From assembly GCA_044375895.1 (NCBI GenBank), contig JBILLV010000008.1, forward strand, positions 7,599 to 71,598: a DNA stretch of 64,000 nucleotides. Direction: 5' to 3'. How positions within the stretch are numbered: the stretch's first letter is position 1; the number at the start of each line of letters is the position of its first letter. The notes beneath the pieces were generated by a model. It did no database searches, had not been told where the DNA came from, and saw nothing but the letters and a program-made list of their open reading frames with translations. Positions 18,818-27,587 of this stretch are shown here, in pieces. The translations under genes and the position numbers were made by a program. This stretch comes from Polyangiales bacterium. Lineage in GTDB: Bacteria > Myxococcota_A > Polyangia > Polyangiales > Ga0077539.

Positions 18818-19364
18818 CCGCGCCGGGACCCCACGGCAGCTCGGGCAGATCGGTCCAGGTCTCCAGGTAGTCGCGGAGCGAGACCGCCCACCCCACCGCG
18901 TCGTCTTCGGTCCAGGTGACCTCCAGCAACAACGTGTCTCCCACCGCGAGCTCGTCAGGCTTTGGCTTCGGGCCGGGTGTGTTCGTGCGGTCGCGCGCGA
19001 CGAAGTCGTCGCGTACGTCAGCGAGCTTCTGGCGGGGCACGAACAGGAAGCGCCACCGTCGGTTCCAACGAACCATCAGCATGAAGAACAGGTCGCTGGC
19101 CTTCTGCTCCCGTAGCTGTTGGCGAGAGAGCGTGTCCCTGACCACCTTGCGGGTGAGCCGTGCGTGTTCGTCGCGCAGCTCCTCCCCGACGTCGGCGGTC
19201 TTCACCTGGACGCGCCGCAGCGAGCCGCGCTGATCGTCGAGGACGAGCACGTCGTCCCCCACATCGACCGACGGGACGGCGACGTTGTACCCGCGCAGCA
19301 GAAGCTCCGACATCGCCGCGAAGTGCCCCGCCATCCCGAAGTGCGAGCGCTTCTCCGTGATCAT
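18795..19364 (-). CDS. PD-(D/E)xK (Hjc/DUF4365-like) nuclease-fold protein
   Basis: ATG at 19364. The N-terminal core is GMAGHFAAMSELLLRGYNVAVPSVDVGDDVLVLDD...LRRVQVKT, matching the helix, D and (E/Q)xK layout of restriction-endonuclease-like folds. The upstream part of the 277-aa ORF is rejected. Confidence 0.6.
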   Translation of the reverse strand: MITEKRSHFGMAGHFAAMSELLLRGYNVAVPSVDVGDDVLVLDDQRGSLRRVQVKTADVGEELRDEHARLTRKVVRDTLSRQQLREQKASDLFFMLMVRWNRRWRFLFVPRQKLADVRDDFVARDRTNTPGPKPKPDELAVGDTLLLEVTWTEDDAVGWAVSLRDYLETWTDLPELPWGPGAVSPASAP

Positions 19365-19563
19365 GGCGCCGCTCTGAATCGCACCGTCCCAGGTCGCGCA
19401 ATGGCGCGCGGGCTCACTGCCCCTTCGCGCAGGCCCCGCACGCAAACCGCCCCTGCGCCTGCGGCAGCACGCACCGCCGGCACCAGCGCGCCCACCAGCG
19501 CCACACGCCGGCAGTGGGAGCGGTCGAGAACTTCCCGCGCCGCCGTCCGTCGCACCGACCGCG

Positions 19564-19950
19564 ATGAGACCCGCGCTCCCACCCCTCGCGATGCTCCTGG
19601 CCGCCACCCTCGCCTGCGCGCACGCCACGTCGCCTGCGCCGACGGTGCCCGCGCCCCCCGCGCCGGCGAACGACTGCGAGCGTGCCTGCCAGCGCTACGT
19701 CACCTGCTACCCCGCGTTGCCCGCGCGCCACGACGCGGCGTGCCGCCAGGACTGCCACGCGGAGATGACCGCCCTTGGCGCGCGCCGCTACGCCGACTGC
19801 CTCGAAGCGCTCCCCTGCGACGCGATCGCGGCGTCGCTCACGATGAACGAAGGCCCCGCCGGACGCTGCTACCCGCGCGACGACGCGTCGCGCAACCCGG
19901 CGGGGCGACGCCCGCGCTCGCGTGGTCAGCCCGCAGAGCCGAGCGCTTGA
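19564..19950 (+). CDS. small Cys-rich lipoprotein
   Basis: Lipobox is LAATLAC. It has 8 Cys in about 80 aa (CERACQRYVTCYP...CRQDCHAEM...CLEALPC). Confidence 0.6.
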   Translation: MRPALPPLAMLLAATLACAHATSPAPTVPAPPAPANDCERACQRYVTCYPALPARHDAACRQDCHAEMTALGARRYADCLEALPCDAIAASLTMNEGPAGRCYPRDDASRNPAGRRPRSRGQPAEPSA

Positions 19951-20189
19951 AAGGCGTCGCGCACCGCGGCGGTGGCGCTCACGAGCTTGCCGCGCACGGT
20001 GAAGCCCTCGCCCTCGCGCTTCGAGCCCGCGACCTTGAGCGTGAAGGCGAGCGCGCTCTCCCCGTGGAGCGTCCCACGAACGGGGGCGCCCGGCGGGTAC
20101 GCGCGGGTCGAGGCGAGCAGCGTGACGGCGAGATCGCGGACGGGGCCGAGGGTGGCCTCGCCGCCGTCGTCCCAGGTGATGCGTGTCAT
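19926..20189 (-). CDS. hypothetical small protein (87 aa)
   Basis: Internal ATG at 20189 (MTRITWDDGGEATLGPV...). The upstream Gly/Ala/Arg-rich part of the ORF looks non-coding. Confidence 0.4.
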   Translation of the reverse strand: MTRITWDDGGEATLGPVRDLAVTLLASTRAYPPGAPVRGTLHGESALAFTLKVAGSKREGEGFTVRGKLVSATAAVRDAFQALGSAG

Positions 20190-20350
20190 GGCGACGACGA
20201 CGCTACCACCGCGACGGGCGGCTGTGCCTCCTCCTCCGCTCGCGACCTCCGCGCCGCGGCGCGCGAGCGAGAATTCTTCGGCGCCTCCACCGGACGCCGC
20301 TTGGGCGCCGCGTGCGATCGTGCGACGCTCGCCGACCAAGGGAACACTCG

Positions 20351-22687
20351 ATGAAGTTACTTCCTCTCCCAAGTGCGTTCGTGCTGCTGGTCGGCGCGCT
20401 GGCTGCGGGGTGTGGTGACCCGCAGCCCATCGTCGGCCGCGACGCCGCGCCGGATGTCGCCATGGACACGCCCCTCACCTGCACCGCGCCCGAGACGCTC
20501 TGCGGCGGGCGGTGCGCCAACCTCCAGACCGACCCGGCGCACTGTGGCGCCTGCGGCCGCGCGTGCGGCGCCGCCATGGTGTGCGTCGCGGGGGCCTGTC
20601 AGCTCGGCTGCCCCGCCACGCAGATGGCGTGCGGCGGCCAGTGCGTGAGCCTCCAGACCGACCCCGCGAACTGTGGCGCCTGCGGCACCGCGTGCCCCGC
20701 GGGCCAGATGTGCAGCCTCGGGCGCTGCGGCATCTCGTGCGACCGCTCGCTCACCACCTGCGCCGGCGGCGCCGACGGCGGCCCGGACGGCGGGGCGACG
20801 TCGTACTGCGCCGACACGCGCACCGACCGGCTGAACTGCGGCGCCTGCGGGGCCCGCTGCCCCGACGGCAACATCTGCACGGACGGCCGCTGCGCGCTGA
20901 CCTGCGCGACCGATCAGACCCTGTGCGGCGGTTCGTGCCGCGACCTCTCCAACGACCTCGCCAACTGCGGCGCCTGCGGGATCATGTGCGCGGCGGGTCA
21001 GGTGTGCTCGCGCGGCGCGTGTCAGGTGTCGTGCGGCAGCGGGCTGATGAGCTGCTCGGGCGTGTGCCGTGACCTCATGACCGACAACAACCACTGCGGC
21101 GCGTGTGGCACCGAGTGCCCCGCCGGTCAGGTGTGCTCGGGCGGGATGTGCCGCGTCTCGTGCGGCGCCGGCACCACCAACTGCGGCGGCGTGTGCCGCG
21201 CGCTGATGACCGACAACGCCAACTGCGGCATGTGTGGGATGGCCTGCCCGGCGGGTCAGGTGTGCGCGGGCGGCGCCTGCACGGTGACCTGCGTCGCGGG
21301 CACCACCAACTGTTCGGGCACGTGCCGCGACCTCATGAACGATCGCCTCCACTGCGGCGCGTGCGGGATGGCCTGCCCCGCGGGTCAGATCTGCGTGGGC
21401 GGCGCGTGCTCGACCTCCTGCGGGACGGGGCTCACTGCGTGCGCGGGCGGCTGCACCAACACCGCCACCGACCCGTCCCACTGCGGCGGCTGCGGGATGG
21501 CGTGCAGCTTCGCCCGCGCGACCGCGTACTGCCTCGCGTCCACCTGCGGCCTCGCGGCCTGCACGGCCGGCTTCGGCGACTGCAACCGCACGACGGGCGA
21601 CGGCTGCGAGGTCGACCTCTCCACCAGCGTCAGCAACTGCGGCGCCTGCGGCAACGCGTGCCCTGCGCTCGCCCAAGCGACCGCGGCCTGCGTCGCCGGC
21701 GCGTGCGGCCTCGGGGCCTGCGCGTCGGTGTACGGCAACTGCAACGGGATGGCCGCGGACGGCTGCGAGGTCGACCTCTCCACCAACGTCAGCCACTGCG
21801 GCGCCTGCGGCAACGCCTGCCCCGCGGGGCGGAGCTGCCGGTCGGGCATCTGCTCCACGATGCCCGTCGTGGTCACCTTCAACCCGACGGGCACCGGCCC
21901 CACGGGCACCTTGCAGAACTGGACCGTCCCCGCGGGTGTGACGAGCATCACGATCGAGGCGTGGGGCGCGCAGGGCGGCAGCGGCACCGTGTACGGCTGC
22001 GGTTGCAGCCTCGCGGGGGGCCGAGGCGCGTACGTCCGCGGGGTCTTCAGCGTCACGCCCGGCGCGGTGCTCGACATCCTCGTCGGCCACGCGGGCGGCG
22101 CCAGCGGCGGCCCGCACGGCAACGAGAACGGCGGCGGCGGCGGCACCTTCGTCGTGCAGCGCGCCGGGGTCGTCCCGCTCGCGATCGCGGGCGGGGGCGG
22201 CGGTGGCCCGTCGATGACGTACGGCCTCAGTTGCCCGCGCGCGCCGGCGAGCGCAGACGGCCAGGCGGGCACCGCGGGCGCGAACGTGAACTGCTCCACC
22301 TCCGCCATCGGCGGGTCGAGCGGTGCGGGCGGCAGCGCGACTGGCGCCTACCAGGGCGGCGCGGGGGGCGGCTTCATCGGCAACGGCGCCAATGGCACGA
22401 TGCACTGCTCGCTCGCGTTCGGCGGCCTGAGCTACCAGAACGGCGGCACCGGGGGCGCGGGCAACAGCTGCTACAACACCAACAACTGGGGCGGGTACGG
22501 CGGCGGCGGCGGCGGCAACCTCGGCGGCCCCGGCGGCGGCGGCGGGTACTCGGGCGGCGCCACGGCGGCCAACTGGTCGAGCCACTCGACCTACGGCGGC
22601 GGCGGCGGCTCGTACAACGCGGGCACCGCCCAGACGAACACCGCCGGCGTGCAGAGCGGCTCAGGCCGCGTCGTCATCTCGTACTGA
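20351..22687 (+). CDS. secreted lipoprotein: about 12 Myxococcus-type cysteine-rich repeats plus a C-terminal glycine-rich beta domain
   Basis: ATG at 20351 gives MKLLPLPSAFVLLVGALAAGC. It has iterated modules C-G-G-x-C-x-(D/N)-L-x-(T/N)-D-x-x-(H/N)-C-G-A-C-G-x-x-C-P-A-G-Q-x-C. The C-terminus is TGTLQNWTVPAGVTSITIEAWGAQGGSG followed by long GGxGG tracts. Confidence 0.85.
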   Translation: MKLLPLPSAFVLLVGALAAGCGDPQPIVGRDAAPDVAMDTPLTCTAPETLCGGRCANLQTDPAHCGACGRACGAAMVCVAGACQLGCPATQMACGGQCVSLQTDPANCGACGTACPAGQMCSLGRCGISCDRSLTTCAGGADGGPDGGATSYCADTRTDRLNCGACGARCPDGNICTDGRCALTCATDQTLCGGSCRDLSNDLANCGACGIMCAAGQVCSRGACQVSCGSGLMSCSGVCRDLMTDNNHCGACGTECPAGQVCSGGMCRVSCGAGTTNCGGVCRALMTDNANCGMCGMACPAGQVCAGGACTVTCVAGTTNCSGTCRDLMNDRLHCGACGMACPAGQICVGGACSTSCGTGLTACAGGCTNTATDPSHCGGCGMACSFARATAYCLASTCGLAACTAGFGDCNRTTGDGCEVDLSTSVSNCGACGNACPALAQATAACVAGACGLGACASVYGNCNGMAADGCEVDLSTNVSHCGACGNACPAGRSCRSGICSTMPVVVTFNPTGTGPTGTLQNWTVPAGVTSITIEAWGAQGGSGTVYGCGCSLAGGRGAYVRGVFSVTPGAVLDILVGHAGGASGGPHGNENGGGGGTFVVQRAGVVPLAIAGGGGGGPSMTYGLSCPRAPASADGQAGTAGANVNCSTSAIGGSSGAGGSATGAYQGGAGGGFIGNGANGTMHCSLAFGGLSYQNGGTGGAGNSCYNTNNWGGYGGGGGGNLGGPGGGGGYSGGATAANWSSHSTYGGGGGSYNAGTAQTNTAGVQSGSGRVVISY

Positions 22688-22727
22688 TCCCCACCACCCG
22701 GATTTCACTCCGCGGTATCGTCGCTCC

Positions 22728-23732
22728 ATGCGCGGCGCCCTGGTTCCCCTCGCGCTTCTTCTGGCGGACGCGGGCTGCCTCACCACGCTCGACCCGTGTG
22801 GCCGCGCCGCGCCCGGCGCCTCGCTGGAGTGCCCCGTCGAGGGCGTGTTCGACCGCGCCTTCTCGCTGCGCGTCCCCGCGCGTTGGGACGGCGCTGCGCC
22901 GCTCCCGGTGATCGTCGCGTTCCATGGTGGTGGTGGCAACCGTCGCTCGGCGGAGAGCGTGACGTGTCCTACCGGCACCGCGGGCGAGCCCGGGTGCCTC
23001 TCCACCGTCGCTGCCGCCGCGGGCTACGTCCTCGTGCTCCCTGATGGCACCGGCCTCCGCCCCCTCCGCAACGTCCGCTCATGGAACGCGGGCGGCGGCC
23101 GCGACGGCTGGCAGTGCGTGAGCCGCGGCGCGTGTCAGTCCGGCGTCGACGACCTCGACTACTTCGACCGCCTCCTCGCCGCCGTCGAGCGCGCGGTGCC
23201 GATCGACCGACGGCGGGTGTTCGTCACCGGGCTCTCCAACGGCGGGGCCCTTTCGCACCGCCTCGCGTGCGAGCGCCCCGACGTCGTCGCCGCTGTCGCC
23301 GCCGTCGGGGGCGCCAACCAGCACGCCATCGCGGGCGGCCGCTGCGACGCGCGCGTCCCGGTGATGCAGATCCACGGCGTCGACGACCCGTGCTGGGGCT
23401 ACGAGACGCGCTCGTCCGCGTGCGCCTTCCTCGAAGAGGGCCGCAAGGTGGGCGTCGACGACACCCTCGCCGCGTGGCGAACCCGCAACGGCTGCGGCGC
23501 CATGGCGAGCGACGAGCTGCTCCCCGACGCGCGACCCGACGGCACCCGCGCGCTCCGCCGTACGTGGGCGGGCTGCGCGGCGCTGGTGGTTCATCTGCGC
23601 GTCGAGGGGGGCGGGCACACCTGGCCCGGCGGCCACCAGTACCTCGACGTCGACACGGTCGGTCGGGTGTCGCGCGACTTCAACGCCAGCGAGGAGATCG
23701 TGAGGTTCTTCGATGCGAACCCTCGCCGTTAG
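22728..23732 (+). CDS. PHB-depolymerase-family (LpqC-like) esterase, secreted
   Basis: Motifs are VIVAFHGGGG, the nucleophile elbow VTGLSNGGALS, IHGVDD and GGGHTWPGG. Confidence 0.8.
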   Translation: MRGALVPLALLLADAGCLTTLDPCGRAAPGASLECPVEGVFDRAFSLRVPARWDGAAPLPVIVAFHGGGGNRRSAESVTCPTGTAGEPGCLSTVAAAAGYVLVLPDGTGLRPLRNVRSWNAGGGRDGWQCVSRGACQSGVDDLDYFDRLLAAVERAVPIDRRRVFVTGLSNGGALSHRLACERPDVVAAVAAVGGANQHAIAGGRCDARVPVMQIHGVDDPCWGYETRSSACAFLEEGRKVGVDDTLAAWRTRNGCGAMASDELLPDARPDGTRALRRTWAGCAALVVHLRVEGGGHTWPGGHQYLDVDTVGRVSRDFNASEEIVRFFDANPRR

Positions 23733-24342
23733 CGCGCTCGCGGCGTGCGCCCTCGGGTGCCCCTCGACGTCGATGTACCGCAGCGCCGAGCCCGTCCCCG
23801 CGGGCCGATGGCAGGCGTCGCTCCTCGCCGGCGCGGGGGCGCTCGCCGACCGCGAGACCGGGGCGCGCTCGCCCACGGGCTACGGCGCCCTCGGGTTGCA
23901 GCGCGGGCTCACCGACGACGTCGACGTCGGGGTGCGGCTCTACACCGTGGGGCTGAGCGCGCTCGCGACCCTTCGCTTCGTGCATCGCGGGCGGTGGTCG
24001 GTGGCCGTCGCCCCCGAGCTCTCCGTCGCGCGCACGCCGACCACGACGACCACCACCAATGCCTTCCACCTCTTCGCCGCCGCGACCGTCCCGGTGACGT
24101 ACCGCCTGTCGCGCACGTGGGCCTTCTCCGCGGGGCCCTCGCTCGGCGGCGGCGTGTACCTCCCCGAGGCGGGCGGGCGCGCCGGAGGGATGTGGCTCGG
24201 GGCCTTCGTCAACGTCGAGGCCCGCCTCGGCGAGCGCTGGTGGCTCGTCCCCGAGGTGAGCGGTTACAACGTGGTCGTGGGCGACGTGCCGCTGCGCGGA
24301 GGGCTCTTCACCGCGGGCCTCGGGCTGCGCTTCGGCTTCTGA
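23713..24342 (+). CDS. putative outer-membrane beta-barrel lipoprotein
   Basis: Lipobox is ALAACALGC. It shows alternating hydrophobic beta-strand periodicity and a C-terminal GLGLRFGF ending in Phe. It overlaps the upstream gene end by 20 nt. Confidence 0.6.
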   Translation: MRTLAVSALAACALGCPSTSMYRSAEPVPAGRWQASLLAGAGALADRETGARSPTGYGALGLQRGLTDDVDVGVRLYTVGLSALATLRFVHRGRWSVAVAPELSVARTPTTTTTTNAFHLFAAATVPVTYRLSRTWAFSAGPSLGGGVYLPEAGGRAGGMWLGAFVNVEARLGERWWLVPEVSGYNVVVGDVPLRGGLFTAGLGLRFGF

Positions 24343-24345
24343 CCG

Positions 24346-24825
24346 CTACCCCTTGCGCCCGCGCACCATCGCCGCGCGGGCCTCCTTGTCCTGCTCGCGC
24401 TTCTTGATCTCCTGACGGCGGTCGGCGCTCTCCTTGCCGCGCGCGAGGCCGAGCTCCACCTTCACCTTGCCGCCCTTGAAGTACGCGCTCAGCGCGACGA
24501 GGGTGTAGCCGCGCTGGGAGATCTTGCCGTCGAGCCGGTCGATCTCGGTGCGGTGCGCGAGGAGGCGGCGCGAACGCTTCTCCTCGTGCTTCACCATCGT
24601 CGCGAAGGGGTACGGCGGGACGTACGCGTTGAGCAGGGAGAGCTGCCCCGCCTGCACGATGGCGTAGGCGTCGCCGAGCTCCATCTTGCCGTCGCGGAGG
24701 CTCTTCACCTCCGAGCCCATGAGCACCACGCCCACCTCGATGCGCTCGTCGATGTGGTAGCGCATGACGGCGCGGCGGTTCTCGGAGATGAGCTTGATGC
24801 CCTCGTCGGGCTTTGCGACGGACAT
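24346..24825 (-). CDS. smpB: SsrA-binding protein SmpB
   Basis: Full-length match to the SmpB pattern: NRRAVMRYHIDERIEVGVVLMGSEVKSLR, LLNAYVPPY, RRLLAHRTEI, and the basic tail KKREQDKEARAAM. Confidence 0.95.
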   Translation of the reverse strand: MSVAKPDEGIKLISENRRAVMRYHIDERIEVGVVLMGSEVKSLRDGKMELGDAYAIVQAGQLSLLNAYVPPYPFATMVKHEEKRSRRLLAHRTEIDRLDGKISQRGYTLVALSAYFKGGKVKVELGLARGKESADRRQEIKKREQDKEARAAMVRGRKG

Positions 24826-24882
24826 GACGGTACCTGCGGGAGGGAGAGGAGCGCCGACGCTAGCACGCGCCGACGTGCGGGC

Positions 24883-26097
24883 TCAGAGGATCTCGGGGAT
24901 GGCCGCGACGACTGGTCTCTGGACAGGGACGCCGGGCGCCACGGGGACGGTGTGATCCCACGGGGTGACGTCCTCGCGGCCGAGGGCGAAGTCGGTGTGG
25001 GCGTGGCCGTAGCGCAGCCCGTCGGGCACGTGGCGGAGCGGGAAGTGCCCCGCGCCTGCGCCCGTGAAGGCCGCGGCGGCCCGCCACGTGACCACCACGG
25101 GCGACAGGCCCACGAGGCGGTCGGCGTTGAAGTCGTAGTCGAGGTCGTTGTTGTTGTCGTCGTAGAGCACGATCCGCGCGACGGCCACCTGGCTGCCCAT
25201 CCACGCGACCACGGCCTCCGTCGGCGGCGCCGTGAGGGTGAGCGGGAAGGTGGCGAAGCGACCCACGAAGCGCACCGCGGTGCCGTTGCTCTCGAACCAG
25301 CGGTTGTCGCCGCGGAGGTCCCAGAGCAGCGCGACGCGGGGGCGTGTGGCGGCAACAGCGACGCCCTCGCCCACGATGGCGAGCCCCGGCGCGTTGATGG
25401 ACGGCAGCGCCGGGCCCGGGCCGCTCGTCCGCGCGTAGGTGGTGCGCGCGCCCGACATCGCGTCGACGAAGGTCACCGTGCCGTCGGCGTTGCGGACGAA
25501 GCGTGTGGGCGTCGGCGCCCCAGGGATCTGGAACTCGCCGCGCGCGTCGTCGAGCACGCCGGGCACGCCGTAGCCGTTGGCGGTGTAGCCCTGGTCCGTC
25601 ACGGAGGTGGGCGCGTAGGTGTAGAAATACCCGCCCCCGAGCAACCCGAAGGAGAGCGCGAGGTGCGTCGCCCCGAGGAACATCAGCCCGTTGATGCGAA
25701 AGGGCGTGGCCATCCCCGTGCCCGGGTCGGGGACGGGCGTGTCGCGGTCGGTGAGGGTGAACATCCGCCCGTCATCGCCCATGAACTCGTAGCGCACGGC
25801 GCGCCACGTCCCGAGGAGCGAGCTGGCCGCGTCGGGGGGTGTGACCGGCGCATCAGTCGTCATCGGGAGGTCCACGGTGGTGGTCGCGTCGGGGACGGTC
25901 GTCGCATCCACGGTGGTTGATGCGTCGGCGCCGGGCACGTCGAAGGTGAGCCCGTCGGGCGTCCCCGCGTCGGGGAGCGCGCGGTCGGCGGCGGGGCCGT
26001 CGGGCGTCGCGCCGTCGACCACGGAGCTGCCACCGGGGCCTACGGTGTTGGGCGCGCACGCGGCGAGGAGCACGGCGAGGAGTGGGATGCGCTTCAT
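24883..26097 (-). CDS. hypothetical lipoprotein
   Basis: MKRIPLLAVLLAAC lipobox, a D/A/T/P linker, then a globular domain. No family recognised. Confidence 0.65.
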   Translation of the reverse strand: MKRIPLLAVLLAACAPNTVGPGGSSVVDGATPDGPAADRALPDAGTPDGLTFDVPGADASTTVDATTVPDATTTVDLPMTTDAPVTPPDAASSLLGTWRAVRYEFMGDDGRMFTLTDRDTPVPDPGTGMATPFRINGLMFLGATHLALSFGLLGGGYFYTYAPTSVTDQGYTANGYGVPGVLDDARGEFQIPGAPTPTRFVRNADGTVTFVDAMSGARTTYARTSGPGPALPSINAPGLAIVGEGVAVAATRPRVALLWDLRGDNRWFESNGTAVRFVGRFATFPLTLTAPPTEAVVAWMGSQVAVARIVLYDDNNNDLDYDFNADRLVGLSPVVVTWRAAAAFTGAGAGHFPLRHVPDGLRYGHAHTDFALGREDVTPWDHTVPVAPGVPVQRPVVAAIPEIL

Positions 26098-26140
26098 GGC
26101 GGTGCGGAGGGTGCGCCCGGCCCGCGGTGGGCGTCAACCG

Positions 26141-27517
26141 TCAGGGGGTCGTGACGTGGCACACGCGCAGGAGGGAGCGACCGAGCGACGTGTCCGCCTC
26201 CGTCTCGAAGACCGGTGCCTGCGACCACGGGGGCTCCATCGCCGCCGGGTCGTCGCGGAGGAGGCAGGTCTGCGTCGTGTGTCGGAACTCCCACGTCCCC
26301 GTGGGCAACACGCTCCGGATCGCGACGCCGGAAGGCAGGTTGGGGAGCGCCCGGTTGCGCCAGGGCGTGGCGTCGACCGCGAAGCCCTCCCAACGGAGCG
26401 CGGCTCCACGGTCGGGGCCGCTGGACAACGCGAAGGCCGCCCGGTGCCAGCCGCTCGTGTCCGCCGTCATACGCGTCCCGCGGGTGTCGGTCGGCCCGGC
26501 GGCGCTGAGCCGCGTCGTGAGGTCTTGCACGGGTGGCACCGCGATCGCGAGCCCGGCGAAGGGAGGCCGCGTCGCGACCGTCACCTCATAGGTGCTCTGC
26601 CCCACGATCGGCGGCCCCACCCGGAGCACCCCGATGACGCGCTCGGGGCGGAGCGCGCCGTCGAAGGCCGTCACGATCATCCGCGCCGGGAGCCGGTTGG
26701 TGGGCGTCTCCAGTTGCATCGCTCCCACGCGCGCCGGTCGATCGCCCGAGGCCGTGTACTTGCGCTGCATCACCAGCGTGCGCGTCACCGCGATGGGCAT
26801 CGCTCCCGTGACGAGGCCGACGCTCGGAAACTCCAGCAGGCTCGCCCACGTCATGGGCGACTGTGGACGCGCGGGGAAGGCCACCATGAGGTCGGCGTCG
26901 AGGTCGCGCGACACGTCGGAGGCCCGCCACGCGTTGAGGGGGCGCGTCCCGAGTGCGCCGTCGAACTCGATCGCCGTGAGCGCGAGCGGCGGCGCGCCGG
27001 GCCACGACTCCACCACGAGCTCGCTCCGATCGGGCTGGTGCATGGTGTCGCCGAAGCCGCCTTCGACCACGACGCGGTTGGCGGGATCGCGACGACCCGT
27101 GTACCGCACCACGCGCGTCCGCACGGCGGCGTCGGCGGGGCGCAGGCTCGCGTCCTGCGGCTGCATGCGCACGGTGGTCTGGAAGGGAGGACGCACCCCG
27201 AGGAGCGACAGCGCCACGTAGTCCGCCTGCGCGAGGGTCACGTCGTAGCGCTGGCCGGGGACGAGTGTCAGGCGGAGGTGCCCGTCGGCGCCCACCGTGC
27301 CCTCGACGAAGCCGCCGTCCTCGGCCTCCGCGCGGCCAAAGGCGCCGACCGCGGGGACACCTGGCGTTCGCGGCCAGAGAACCACCGTGATGTCCAGCGT
27401 GGTCGGTGGGACGGTCGCCTCCAAGACCACGTCCCCCGCGTCGCCCGCGTCACCGCGCGACCCGGCGATGGTGTTCGCGCACCCCAGCACAAGAGACAGA
27501 ACCGCGACCCGCTTCAT
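26141..27517 (-). CDS. hypothetical lipoprotein
   Basis: ATG at 27517 gives MKRVAVLSLVLGC. The N-terminal 124 aa of the 583-aa ORF are antisense to the carboxyltransferase gene and are rejected. Confidence 0.65.
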   Translation of the reverse strand: MKRVAVLSLVLGCANTIAGSRGDAGDAGDVVLEATVPPTTLDITVVLWPRTPGVPAVGAFGRAEAEDGGFVEGTVGADGHLRLTLVPGQRYDVTLAQADYVALSLLGVRPPFQTTVRMQPQDASLRPADAAVRTRVVRYTGRRDPANRVVVEGGFGDTMHQPDRSELVVESWPGAPPLALTAIEFDGALGTRPLNAWRASDVSRDLDADLMVAFPARPQSPMTWASLLEFPSVGLVTGAMPIAVTRTLVMQRKYTASGDRPARVGAMQLETPTNRLPARMIVTAFDGALRPERVIGVLRVGPPIVGQSTYEVTVATRPPFAGLAIAVPPVQDLTTRLSAAGPTDTRGTRMTADTSGWHRAAFALSSGPDRGAALRWEGFAVDATPWRNRALPNLPSGVAIRSVLPTGTWEFRHTTQTCLLRDDPAAMEPPWSQAPVFETEADTSLGRSLLRVCHVTTP

Positions 27518-27587
27518 CCCCGCGAGGCTACCACCGCGATGAACCCATTGCGCGAGGCGACGCCTTCGATTACCCGTCTTCGCACCT

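Noticed and set aside
24826-24882. Search for tmRNA (ssrA) next to smpB
   Set aside because: The flanking intergenic regions are only about 57 nt and 3 nt long, and no tRNA-like acceptor or T-arm is visible. ssrA is evidently elsewhere.
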